Shown here piece by piece: positions 11,935 through 22,931 of a DNA stretch of 64,000 bases (within the stretch, counting starts at the first letter, position 1; each line of letters opens with the position of its first letter). The position numbers were made by a program, and so were the translations under genes. The DNA lies in NCBI RefSeq assembly GCF_021869535.1, contig NW_026262690.1, positions 52,886,001 to 52,950,000 on the forward strand, given 5' to 3'. The notes below the pieces were generated by a model. It saw only the letters and a list, made by a program, of their open reading frames with translations, was not told where the DNA came from and made no database searches. Origin of the DNA: Mytilus californianus (lineage: Eukaryota).

Positions 11935-12331
11935 CTTTTCTGACTGCCGATAGTGAACTTCGCTCTTTGCTTACTTTATGTTTCTGACGTTTTGTAAATT
12001 GACCGCTATTTTCGAAGAACACTTCTACAGACCGACGACTTTGGTCTATCCTTTTGCACTTTTTAAGATCATATTGAATTTTTGAAAGTCGAAGTTCCAG
12101 TTCTGCTCTATGCTGTTCGGATTCTTTCTGTTCCATGAGCAAACGGTTTTCGGTTAAAGATAGTGATGTCTCAAGATTTTTTATTCGCAAATTTTGATGT
12201 TTCAATGCATTTTGCATTTCCAGTACTATATTTTTTAAAGACAATCCGTCATCAACATCAGTAATTTCACTGCTAGAAACATACAACACTAATAAAATAA
12301 CAACAAAACCTAAACACTTAAACCAATGCAT
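11935..12331 (-). CDS. C1q domain-containing secreted protein, exon 1 (signal peptide + coiled coil)
   Basis: ATG at 12331, hydrophobic leader MHWFKCLGFVVILLVLYVSS, heptad-rich segment, and donor G|gtaata at 11934 (phase 1). It splices in frame to 8622: 397+446 nt = 280 aa plus stop. Confidence 0.85.
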
Positions 12332-12739
12332 TGTCTTGTAATGTACTACTCGGCATGAGATTATTCAATCAGTTGGTGTCATCTTATCGGTATAATTGGT
12401 ATCTATATACAATGTATACGTAAACGTTCCTTATCATATCAATTCAAACCAAAGTTCGAACTCTTTCATGGTAATTTGACCTACGTAGACTATTCGAATA
12501 TTCTATATATACATAAAAAAAAATCTTATCAAAGATACGAGCATTATAATTATAACATGTTTTCCCATAATACATAAAACTTTAAGGATAACAGAAATCA
12601 CCAAATTATTTGATAATATAACACACCAGTCACAAATACCTGACTTCTCCTAAAACAGACATACAGAGAAAAGCAAACGCAAATGAACAACACATGGTCC
12701 AGATAACCTGACTGAAAAAGAACACAATATAAAAAATAA

Positions 12740-13090
12740 TAAGATAAGGTATGATTGCCAATGAGACAACTGTCCATCAGAGTTCATATGAAGTTGGTGT
12801 AAGCCATTAAAGACAACCGTACGGCCTTCAGCAAGAGAAAAACCTATATCGTATAGTCGGCTATAAAAGCCTCCGACATGAAAATTGTGAAACAATTCAA
12901 ACGAGAAAACCAACGGTCTAAATTATAAAAAAACGATTTACAAAAAAAAAAAAAAAAATATGACAGACATGAAGTAACTACAACCATTGAATTCAAGGCT
13001 CCTAACTTGGGTCAGGCACATACAGATTGTGGCGGGGTTAAACATGTATTTCAGCGCTTAACCCTCCCTAAACTGGGACAATTGTACAAA
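12740..13090 (-). mobile_element. Abundant short interspersed (SINE-like) repeat, copy 1
   Basis: GGTATGATTGCCAATGAGACAACT..CCGTACGGCCTTCA..TATAAAAGCC..AAACAATTCAAACGAGAAAA..GGCTCCTAACTTGGGTCAGGC..GGCGGGGTTAAACATG. Related pieces occur at ~26335-26520, 28100-28240, 31225-31489, 38335-38520, 40085-40225, 43125-43533, 43590-43645 and 60370-60665. Confidence 0.75.
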
Positions 13091-13817
13091 CCGTAAGAAG
13101 AGACAGAAAGAACATTACCGTCTAAAAAGGGTTAACAATGGGGAACGAAAAATCGTCTCTTTTGTCGTAAAATTTTATAGAGAATTTCCTGTGTGAAAAT
13201 TAAAATATCCAAATCTCGAAAAGGACAATTATTGCTGTCTGTATTATATCTATTTAAAGTCAGTTCCTTCCTTCAATGTGACGGTAAGTGTTTTTGAATT
13301 TATCATTTAAATGTAATTTAGACGGATCTTTACTGAGTTTGGCCATAGACTGTGATTCATAACAGTATAGAAACAAGTATACATGTACTATTAAAGGGGC
13401 GCAATTGGTGCCCATAGGAATACCTACAACTTTTGATAAACTTTATTGCCGAAACTTACATAAATGTTGTCAAGAAGAAAACTTAAAGCTTTAATCATCT
13501 AATCACAGTTCCAGTAGGTATATCTAGCATATTTCCCTTTAACATTACAGAAGAAGGCTGAATTATAGACCTCCTTAACAAAGAATTGTCCAGTGTTTGA
13601 GTTAGAGCTAGTAGACCTTTCTATATGGATATAATGTGTCCCAAAACTAGTACACTACACTGTAAAAATCTTTTGGAGATTGAGCATGAGCGATTAGTTT
13701 AATGGAATTTACTTTCTACAAAAAATCACTACTGTTTTTATTAGAATTCTTCAACTGCTTTACCTATTGTCTATTCATTCCTTAATTATGATCCCAATAC
13801 AAAGCTTTCACTTTCGG

Positions 13818-16050
13818 CCTCTTATAACATGAACAAAACCGAAATGGGTAGGATTCAATATGTAGGGCAAACTGGACGTGATTTTTTCATACGAACACAA
13901 GACCATCTATACCGCTTCCGCAGACCTAAGAAATTCAAAAGTTTAATTTACCTATATTTAAAAAAACACAAACACAATATCAAATTTATAAAATTCCGAC
14001 CACTTCAAACCGCCAAGAAACAACCAGGACAACAACATAATCAATTTGAAAATTCCTGTAAAATTTGCGAACTGTCTTGGATTAAACGACTACTGACAGC
14101 GTATCCCCATGTCGAAATGACAATATCATGGGCCAACGGAACATATCTAAAACTTCTTCTATTGATATCATGAATATTGCTGATAAAAGACAACGTAATA
14201 ATAGGTCTCATGGCAAACGTATCAATCAAAATCAACGAATTAAACATATAATAAATTAAAAACTTGACGATCTCCTATCTATATTCAAAAATAATGATAG
14301 ACATCAATTATTATGTAAACTGGCTCAAATACCAATAGTAAATTACACGATATTTTCAAGGAGTGTGACCCAATCTCGTTTTTCAGCACACTATATAAAT
14401 GTACCGTATAATTAAAGCTTTTTGTCGCCATAGGCTGTTACCGTGTATCAATAAACCTGAAGATCATAAAGGGCATTTTCTGAAAATTAAATATATTAAC
14501 AGAGGTAATGATTTTATCAACTTATCTAGAATATATAATGACTGGTCCATAATGACTCTACCACTCAAAACTTTATACCTCCCTACTTTGATAACACAGA
14601 ACCACATATATACATAAAAAAAACCCAACCAAAGTTCAATTTTTAATTATACGTCCGTAACATCAGATGTCAGTGTAGAAATAATACTTCTCTAACTTGA
14701 GACTGTGAATCGTCGAATTTTAGATATGGTCCCTATGGCAATGTTATTACGGGGGACCTCAATATCGTTTCAAGACCGAGAGGTCAAAAACTTTTTGAAA
14801 AAGGACCAAAATATCGTCCTCCATCTAAAATAGATTAGAAACAGTGTCGTCAGGTCATAAAAACACCCTTTCACCGTATTGTAAAAAAATGGTGTAAACG
14901 GGAAAAATCTGATAAAAAAAATCTCTTGATTTTTATCTAAATAAATGTATGAATGTAGTAAATGTTCGAATATCACATTTTGAAAATAATTTAGAAATAA
15001 ATAAAAGAGTACATAATACGCATATTTCTAGAATAAGAAACATCTTCAAGTACTCGCAAAGCAGCCAACAATATGGTGGTGGTATGACGTAATTACTACA
15101 CGAAGTTCTTAAGAATGAAAATAAATTCTTCTGCATTCAGGTCCGTGCGCTCCACAGAGAGTCATATAGTTAACAATCATATCATAACCACATCACAGCT
15201 TAATGCCCCTTCTGAGCATTTGAAGGTCCCTACTATGTATTGGTTACCTTTACTACACAAAAAACCTGTAAAATATCGTTTTATCTCTGCCTCTAGTAAG
15301 TGTTCTTAAACTTATCTTTCAGTGCTTTTAACTAGTTTCTAAACTACTATCAAAGAACTTATCATTAACTTTTGTAATAAAACATAGGCAAAAAATAGAA
15401 TTAACTATTTTTGGAGTGTAAATTTTTTTTGGATGTTTAAGATAAATTACGTGCCTTTGATGGTCCTTTTGATTCTGTTGACAGTTTTGATTTTTCAACT
15501 CTTTACGCTACACTTCCACACAATATAATCAAACAAAAGTTTTCCTATTTAATGGTCATTTGAAATATTCGTTTGCAAATATGTTCGTGCAACTCATTTA
15601 AACCATTCCTCTCTAAAGAGAAAGGTAAATATGCTTTATATACTTACTGGAGGTGTGATGAGATGATTGAAGCTGTCAATTTTCTCCTTGACAACATTTA
15701 CGTACGTTTCGGAAATAAAGTGTATCGACAGGATGTATGTATTCCTATGGGTACCAATTACACCCTTTAATAGCAGACTTGTTATTGTACTGTTATTAAT
15801 CACTGTTTATAGCCAAACTCAGTAAAGACCCATCTAAATTGCATTGAATTGATAAGTTCGACAACACTCAACGTTATCTTGATGATATTTTTCGTTAAAT
15901 AATGAAGAATTTTCTAAATATACTGCCGAAATTTACCCAAAGAAACTTACTTTAAATAAATCAAACATAAACGGTAATAACTGTCCTTTTCTATATTCAG
16001 ATATTTCAGTTTTACACGGGAAACGCTAGACAAAAATTTACAACAAGATC
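13818..16050 (+). mobile_element. Degenerate Naiad-type Penelope-like retroelement (second family; N-terminal GIY-YIG + RT)
   Basis: Frameshifted remnants in order: LIT(TGA)TKP..IQYVGQTGR..RTQDHLYRF..ELSWIKRL; [11 protein letters not shown]; AANNMVVV(TGA)RNYY; KVPTMYWLPLLHKKPVKYRFISAS; DFSTLY; FLLDNIYVRFG..IPMGTN; RYLDDIF; EIYPKELTLNK. Confidence 0.85.
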
Positions 16051-16051
16051 A

Positions 16052-17162
16052 AGGACGAGTATTTTATTTGCAAGCGACATTTCTATAGGCGACGCTTTTA
16101 AAGCCGCGAATAACTTCAAAGCAAAATCGGAAATTGCTCAAAAGTTGAAAGAGGGTGGTGTTATCATCTCTCCGACTTTATGTTGTAACCATGAAGAGGC
16201 AGATACCACCACGATTTTCCATGCTTATCACGTCGATGCTATGTTTGGTGGTAAAAGGATAGAATTGTTATCAAATCAGATGATACTGATGTTCTTGTTC
16301 TGGCTGTCCATTTATACCTGATGCTTAAAATAACAAAAGAAGTATTGGTGCAGACTGGTTCAATTGAAAGCTTGAAGGATAACAGACAATTTATCCCAGT
16401 TCACGCCACTGTATCGTCTTTTGACCCAGTTGTCACCAAAATCTGCAATCATTCGTGCTTTGAGTGGATGGGATTCCACTTCAGGTTTTTGAGGAACCGG
16501 TAAAAAATCGGTATGCAACCTCCTTAGGACGAAAACGATCCCATCCAGTAATCTTGTAGCATTAGCACACGATGATGTTGCTGGTGCTATAGATGATGCT
16601 AGGGTGTTTGTTACTGCGTTGTACGACTCAAAATACAAGTCCAATAAACCGCATAACAATTCAAATGTGCTAAGATAACAATTGGCTATATTCAAAGATA
16701 AAAGTATAAAAAAGCTTTCACCATGTTAGTGTTTAAGCAACACGTACTACATTTGTACGTGCAATATGGCAAAGCAAAGTTTTGGTGTAGGCAAAATTAT
16801 GTTGCCAACCCAAATAATGGCAGCCCATGAAAGTTTGGTTGGAAAATTTAGCAAAATGACAGTTTCCTTTAGAAGACAAAAGTCATCAGACTGTCTACAA
16901 GACCTTGTTTGTTCGCGGAAGGGGGAAAGAATGTGGCGGCAGCATGCGTTTATAAGGAGGATCGACTCATTTCTAAAACAATATTACGAGAACAAATAAG
17001 TTATGAACATTTAATTAACTTACGATCAATTTTAGTCGTTTAATTTTTTGTTAAAAGAGTCGTAGGTGGCCTGTTGCAAGGGAAAAGTTTTGTCCCTATA
17101 CAATATACCCTCATATTTAGTGGCAGTCCAAAGGCCCCAGCCTTCATTCCGGACGGCCTCTG
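16052..17162 (+). mobile_element. Decayed transposon-like ORF with PIN/FEN1-XPG-like nuclease motifs and a C-terminal Cys cluster (copy 1)
   Basis: Frameshifted motifs CNHEEADTTIFHA, RIVIKSDDTDVLVL, FIPVH, ALSGWDSTSGF.GTGKK, ARVFVTALY and LQDLVCS.KG. It may end at ..TTCCGGACGGCCTCTG (~17162). Confidence 0.6.
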
Positions 17163-18396
17163 TTACAGGACCTACCTTTTGTATTTATTGTTACTGTGTT
17201 CTCGTCCTGAACATGCATGAAATAATTGCCACTGAACGTTAAGTAACCAGCAATCAATCATTAAATCAATCAATCTTTCTTGCACAAATTGTGTTTTGTC
17301 AAAATGTAGGTAGTTGTAACAATGTCCAGGCCGTATCAGCCGACATAGCTGATGACACAGATGAAATATCATGAACATTATTTATTGAAAATATTTTTAA
17401 ACGGATGTTCCTCGTTCATTTCGTATGTAAATTTTAACTTTCCATAATTATTTCGATGTTTCATTTTGTATTTGAAAACGGTCATGTCTTACTTTTGGAA
17501 TTTGTCATAAAACTCGCTTGCATTCATTACAGTAGCGTCGACTGAAAGTTAATCGTAGTTGTTACTTCGATAACGCACGCTTCTTATATTATCATCTGAT
17601 CAATTATCGTGTATTGAGACTTACAGTGGCATTTATTTCAAGAAAACTCAGTGACATGTCGAATCCTGGAAAACTGAAAAATTTAACCTGCAAATGCTGT
17701 TGTAATTTATCCACCAATGTATTTCGGATACTCTTTTAATACCTATTACTAGTATTCTCAAATGTATGTTTATCTTGTCCAGAAATGTTATTTATCGAGG
17801 TCGAAGATCAAGGTAATTCTGTTGCTGTTGTTGTTAGGCTTTGAAATTTCCATCAAACATGTTACCTTCGAAAAAGTTAAATAATGCGTTATTCTGACAT
17901 CATATGCAAATATGAAACACATCTAAGTCGGAACTTTAGCATTGGTAAATAACTCTACTTGTATAATTCATTGAATGGATTATTGAGTTCGAAAAAGATC
18001 TGCGGTTTGTTTCTCTAGATGAAAAAAGGATGTTTTTTAGTGATGACCTTTGACCTTGATTTAAGGCATGATGGCACCAGCTTTCATTTTTACCACACAT
18101 ATTTTTAAAAAATACACGATTTAAGCTTCCAAAATGATCTATTATACACCCAACATCATGACAGTGGTTACAAAGCAACTTGTCGAAATCAATTTTATTT
18201 TTGAACCAGTAGTCCACAGCTTCTACAATAAAGTACATTTATTATTTACCTTTTGATGTTGATGTAACTGTGTCCTATAACTATTACAATGTCTTATATA
18301 AATAACATTGTTTCAACTACTGTAACAATCGCACGCCAATCTTTATCATAAAAGACAGTTGATTGGATAAAGTGATGGATTGCCACGCCTATTTTA

Positions 18397-18714
18397 TGCT
18401 GCGTTCACACGTAATTCGAATTCGATTCGCATCAACTAATTCGAATTAGTTTAATTCGCATTCGAAACGTTTTACGTCCAAACGTAAATTCTAATTCGAA
18501 TTGCAATGCGCGTCAAATTCGCTTTACTGTCCGAACGACGTTAACTTTTAATTCGTATTAACAAAAACGCATTTCTAATGCGAATTGGATAATGCGATTT
18601 AGCCAATTCGAATCAATTCGAATTAAAAAAGAAGAGTGTGTGAACGCGATTAGCGAATTCGATTCGCATTCGATTCGAATTCAATTCGAATTAAATGTAC
18701 GTGTGAACGAGGCA
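18397..18714. mobile_element. Harbinger-like MITE rich in internal TTCGAA/AATTCGAATT palindromes (copy 1)
   Basis: TIRs TGCTGCGTTCACACGTA / TACGTGTGAACGAGGCA; flanks TTA and TGA form an imperfect 3-bp TSD. Confidence 0.7.
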
Positions 18715-21436
18715 TGAAACTCTGACTTCAGATAGCTGTCAATATGGGGGGAAAATATTCCAAACGGATATATTTAGAGATTTAGATTGTGTTCGATATT
18801 TGAAAAAAGTTTACATAGCACCTAAAGAAATACAAAAATCTGCAAGAATTGCAAATATTTAACAAACTCAAATTCTCAAACAGAATGATTTTTTTTTTTT
18901 TTTTTTTCTCTCTCAACATTGTCTGTTGAAGAGAGAGAGAGGGGATAGCAGGGGTGTAATCCCGAACTTCCTGAAAAAGTGCTGAATACCGAAATCCCGA
19001 AAAAAATAAAGCATTCTTTCCCGAATCCCGAAAAAATTAATCAATGATTCCCGAGTTCCAATAATTGAAAATCCCGAATTTCCACAAAAATAAAGGCCCA
19101 ACCCGACGTCCCGAAAAGCTCTATTTTAGAGTTCAGTTCATTTGAATTTTCAGTAATCAAAATAAAAAAAATATACTTTACACAAATTCGTCTTCAGACA
19201 CATAAATTGAAAAAGGTTTCTGGATTTTGATAGAAAACAGCCAATGAAATACATAAATATCTTGTGTCATGGGTCACGCTCGGACTGTCTTACTTAGTAG
19301 GGATGCTTATGCGGCACATTAAAGATAGAATTTATTTTTAACTAGACATCTACCCATTATACATTAGAATGTACCACAGAATTTGAATGCACTTGATTAC
19401 ATTGACCTCTTATCTTGTCGACTTTGAAGCCCATCAGACAGCTGGCTTAAATCCACGGAAAAGACTTTAATAAAATTTGTAATATCAATAACTCTTTAAT
19501 TTTCACGGGAACGAAGATTTTGCAAGTACGCAGTAGTGATTAGATCACCAATGAAGTAATTTTAAAAATTAGACGCCAAGGCCGAAACTAGCTCTATCTC
19601 ATAATAAAGTAATGTAAACCGTCTTGAAGCAAGAAGGTCTCCTCATGTATCCGAAGTTTTGTTTGTGGACAGATGATGCTGGTGGATAAAGTCGCACCGA
19701 CTTTATGCAATGTAGGGTCTACAGAGAAATGACGATCTAAGGGTTTGAGGTATGTATTATTTGAATTAAAATATTATCTATGTAGAATATTTGCTGTCAT
19801 TTCAACTTTATTCAAACTCACTTATGTATATTTTATTTTTTTTTTATATTTTTTTCCACTTCCCCTCCTGAAATTAACTATTCTTTTAAGAATTTAGAAC
19901 CAATAAAAATATTTTAAAAACGTGACAAACTATTGTAAAAAAAAATATATACTTTGCACTGTTCTGTTGTTCTATCAACAATTTATTCCCGGGTCGTCAT
20001 ATTTTAGCCATGATTTGGAAGGACTCTGAAAGAAAAGAGATTATGAAATGTCCATCTACCGAGTGCAGAAAAACCTCCACCAAATTTAATAAAATATGCA
20101 AATTGCTAGATACAATATTTGGTTTCTTTCCAATTCTAGCATTTTCGTTGTGTTAGAGATAAATTTAATAATATATTTTGCAAGAAATTAAAATTCATTT
20201 TTTTAGGGTGAGGAAGATGTCATTTCTCCTTTACTGCACAAACCACCACTGTACTGGGGAGATTGACCTGTTAGTTATTGTTGATAGGTGTCAACGTTTA
20301 TGAATCGACATGTCCAACACTTGCAAGAGTAATTACGGCAGTGTTTGTGAAACTAATTTCATCTTTTGTGAAAAATCATCATTCGCTGCTGTCCGATAAT
20401 TCAATCTTAAAGTGATTTACAGCAAAATTAATGCACAGAGAGGAGAAGCATATCCTGTATTTCGGAACAGAAAGGAGCTTAGAACATTTCCTGAATAAGT
20501 GATAATTTTTAAAGCCCGTGATATACATGTGTACATCAAATTAATTTGATTATAAAAATAGAAAATTGTGCACTCAGAATTGTGCATAGCAGAAAGTGAT
20601 GATATCAAAACTTTTCATTGTTTAAAGACAAATTTTCTAATGGTATGAAATCGGAAAGCGGCATTGGCGATAACTTGAAATATAAATTCAGATTTTGTAT
20701 CTTCTTCAAGAGCAATTTCAATGTATATTTGAATAATATCAACGATTAATTTATGTAGAAAATACACAAATGAAAGAATTTGGCTAATGTAATAATTCTG
20801 TTTTAAGTTGTTTTCTATTGCAAATTGTTTTTCCACGAAAAAATAGTTTTGGAAAGGCGAAATCTTCAAAATTTTTCTAGGAATTCAGTATTTTTGTGAT
20901 TTATCTTTCTACTACATAATCACATTGTGTAATCTTAATTCAAAATAAAGTTGAAATTGACAAGTAAGCTTTGCAAACACGGTAATGATGTTGGGTGTAA
21001 TGCCATGAGGTATTCAGGTAATTTAAATTTTTAAACTTGTCCTCTCCGCCGCTCCACTAATGTCAGTTGGGTTATGGTGTCGTTGATTTGCTGTCATTGG
21101 CGTATGTTTTCCAAATGCTTTATATAGCAATAATTATTGTATGGATTTATAAGCTTCAAGACGAATTGGAAAACATAACTAGAGACTCTAAATAGCCTAT
21201 GTCGCTCACCCAGGTTTTTGTGCATTTTAGACAATGGACGCTCTTCAAGATTGTAGAATAGAACTTAATTCATGGACTTTATCTTTATTGTTGATCTTGT
21301 TTTGCACATGATATTTTCTGTCTACAGTTTCTCTCTATCTTCTAGTTTTCCCCAAAACACAAAGAATTGTAAAATTCGTCACATAAAGACAATGACTCAT
21401 ATAAGAAGAAAAATGAGAATTTCATCTATGCTGATA

Positions 21437-22292
21437 ATAAAATTGAGAATGGAAACGGGGAAAGTGTCAAAGAGACAACAACCCGACCAAAGAGCAGAAA
21501 ACAGCCCAAGGCCACCAATGGGTCTTCAACACAGCGAGAAAATCCCGCACCCGGAGGTGGGTTTCAGCTGGCCCTAAACAAAAATGTGTACCAGTTCAGT
21601 GAAAATGGACGACACACTAAACTCCGAAACAACAAAAATTAAAAAACATACAAGACTAACAAAGGCCAGAGGTTCCTGACTTGGGACAGGCGCAAATATG
21701 CGGCGGGGTTAAACATGTTTTGTGAGATCTCTACCCTCCCCCTATACCTTTAGCCAATGTAGAATAAACAAACACATGGCAATACGCACAGTAACACTCA
21801 GTTTAAAGGAAGTCCGAGTTCGATATTAGTATAGGTAACAGAAGAAACTAAGCAAAATGACAATGATAACATAAATTAACAAAGGACTACTTTAATGTAG
21901 CAGTTACTGATATGCCAGCTCAAAACCTCAGTTAAACTGATTGAAAGATTGTCTTTATCATATGAAAATTAAGCACAATCCCTCCCGTTAGGGGTTTAGT
22001 ATCATTCCATCATAAAATATATGAGAAGAACATAACCCGTATCATGCCAACAACTTGTTTTAGAGTAAATGTGTTTATTTCCGATGCAAAGACCTTACAT
22101 GTATGAGTGAATCAATATTAATTCAAAAAAATGCCATCTTTAATGATCTGACAACAGTATCGTAACTATATCCCTTCTGAATAAGTCAGTTTAAAGGTTT
22201 GGTTAGATTTTGAGGTGAATGACGACATTTTTGTGCTTTGTATATAATATTACCGTAAAAGATTGGATGTGAAATACTTGAACGTATAAGAT
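21437..22292 (-). mobile_element. Older 5'-truncated Naiad 3' fragment, split by the younger insertion (continues at 25865-25962)
   Basis: Homologous to 22293-23250 (3' UTR, SECIS, ORF end) but diverged. The intact counterpart is 37007-37960. Confidence 0.9.
21958..22024 (-). promoter_or_regulatory. SECIS homolog in the older Naiad fragment (3' quartet mutated TGA->TAA)
   Basis: ATGAtggaatgatactAAAcccctaacgggagggattgtgctTAA: same fold, with the quartet broken. Confidence 0.65.
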
Positions 22293-22814
22293 AAAATTGA
22301 GAATGGAAATGGGGAATGTGTCAAAGAGACAACAACCCGACCATAGAACAGACACCAGCAGAAGGTCACCAACAGGTCTTCAATGCAGCGAGAAATTCCC
22401 GCACCCGGAGGCGTCCTTCAGCTGGCCCCTAAACAAATATATATACTAGTTCAGTGATAATGAACGTCATACTAAACTCCAAATTGTACACAAGAAACTA
22501 AAATTAAAAATAATACAACACTGACAAAGGCTAGAGGCTCCTGACTTGGGACAGGCGCAAAAATGCGGCGGGGTTAAACATGTTTATGAGATCTCAACCC
22601 TCCCCCTATACCTCTAGCCAATGTAGAAAAGTAAACGCATAACAATACGTACGTTAAAATTCAGTTCAAGAGAAGTCCGAGTCTGATGTCAGAAGATGTA
22701 ACCGAAGAAAATAAACAAAATGACAATAATACATAAATAACAACAGACTACTAGCAGTTAACTGACATGCCAGCTCCAGACTTCAATTAAACTGATTGAA
22801 AGATTATGTCTTCA

Positions 22815-22881
22815 TCATATGAATATCAGGCACAATCCTTCCCGTAAGGGGTTTAGTATCATACCATCATAACATATATGA
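22815..22881 (-). promoter_or_regulatory. SECIS element (type II-like) in the Naiad 3' UTR
   Basis: Minus strand: tcatatatgtt ATGA t ggtatgat act AAA ccc cttac ggg aagg attgtgcc TGA t attc atatga. It has the ATGA/TGA quartet, 12 nt from ATGA to AAA, helix II ggtatgat/attgtgcc, an apical mini-stem and helix I tcatat/atatga, and lies ~50 nt after the stop codon. Confidence 0.85.
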
Positions 22882-22931
22882 GAAGAACATAACCCGTGTC
22901 ATGCCAACAACTGGTTTTTAAATAAATGTGT

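Noticed and set aside
18397-18714. Cluster of TTC/GAA motifs as heat-shock elements
   Set aside because: The motifs are TTCGAA/GAATTC without the nGAAnnTTCn spacing and are explained as internal palindromes of a MITE.
21272-21577. 101-aa ORF (and 36962-37165)
   Set aside because: Its second half is the antisense reading of the Naiad 3' terminal repeat sequence, not a gene.
22300-22450. Possible HDV-like ribozyme in the Naiad 3' end (GGGGCCA/TGGCCTT-type pairing on the minus strand)
   Set aside because: A P1-like helix can be drawn, but I could not build a P3/L3/P1.1 of proper size or a convincing J4/2 by eye; it would need a descriptor search.
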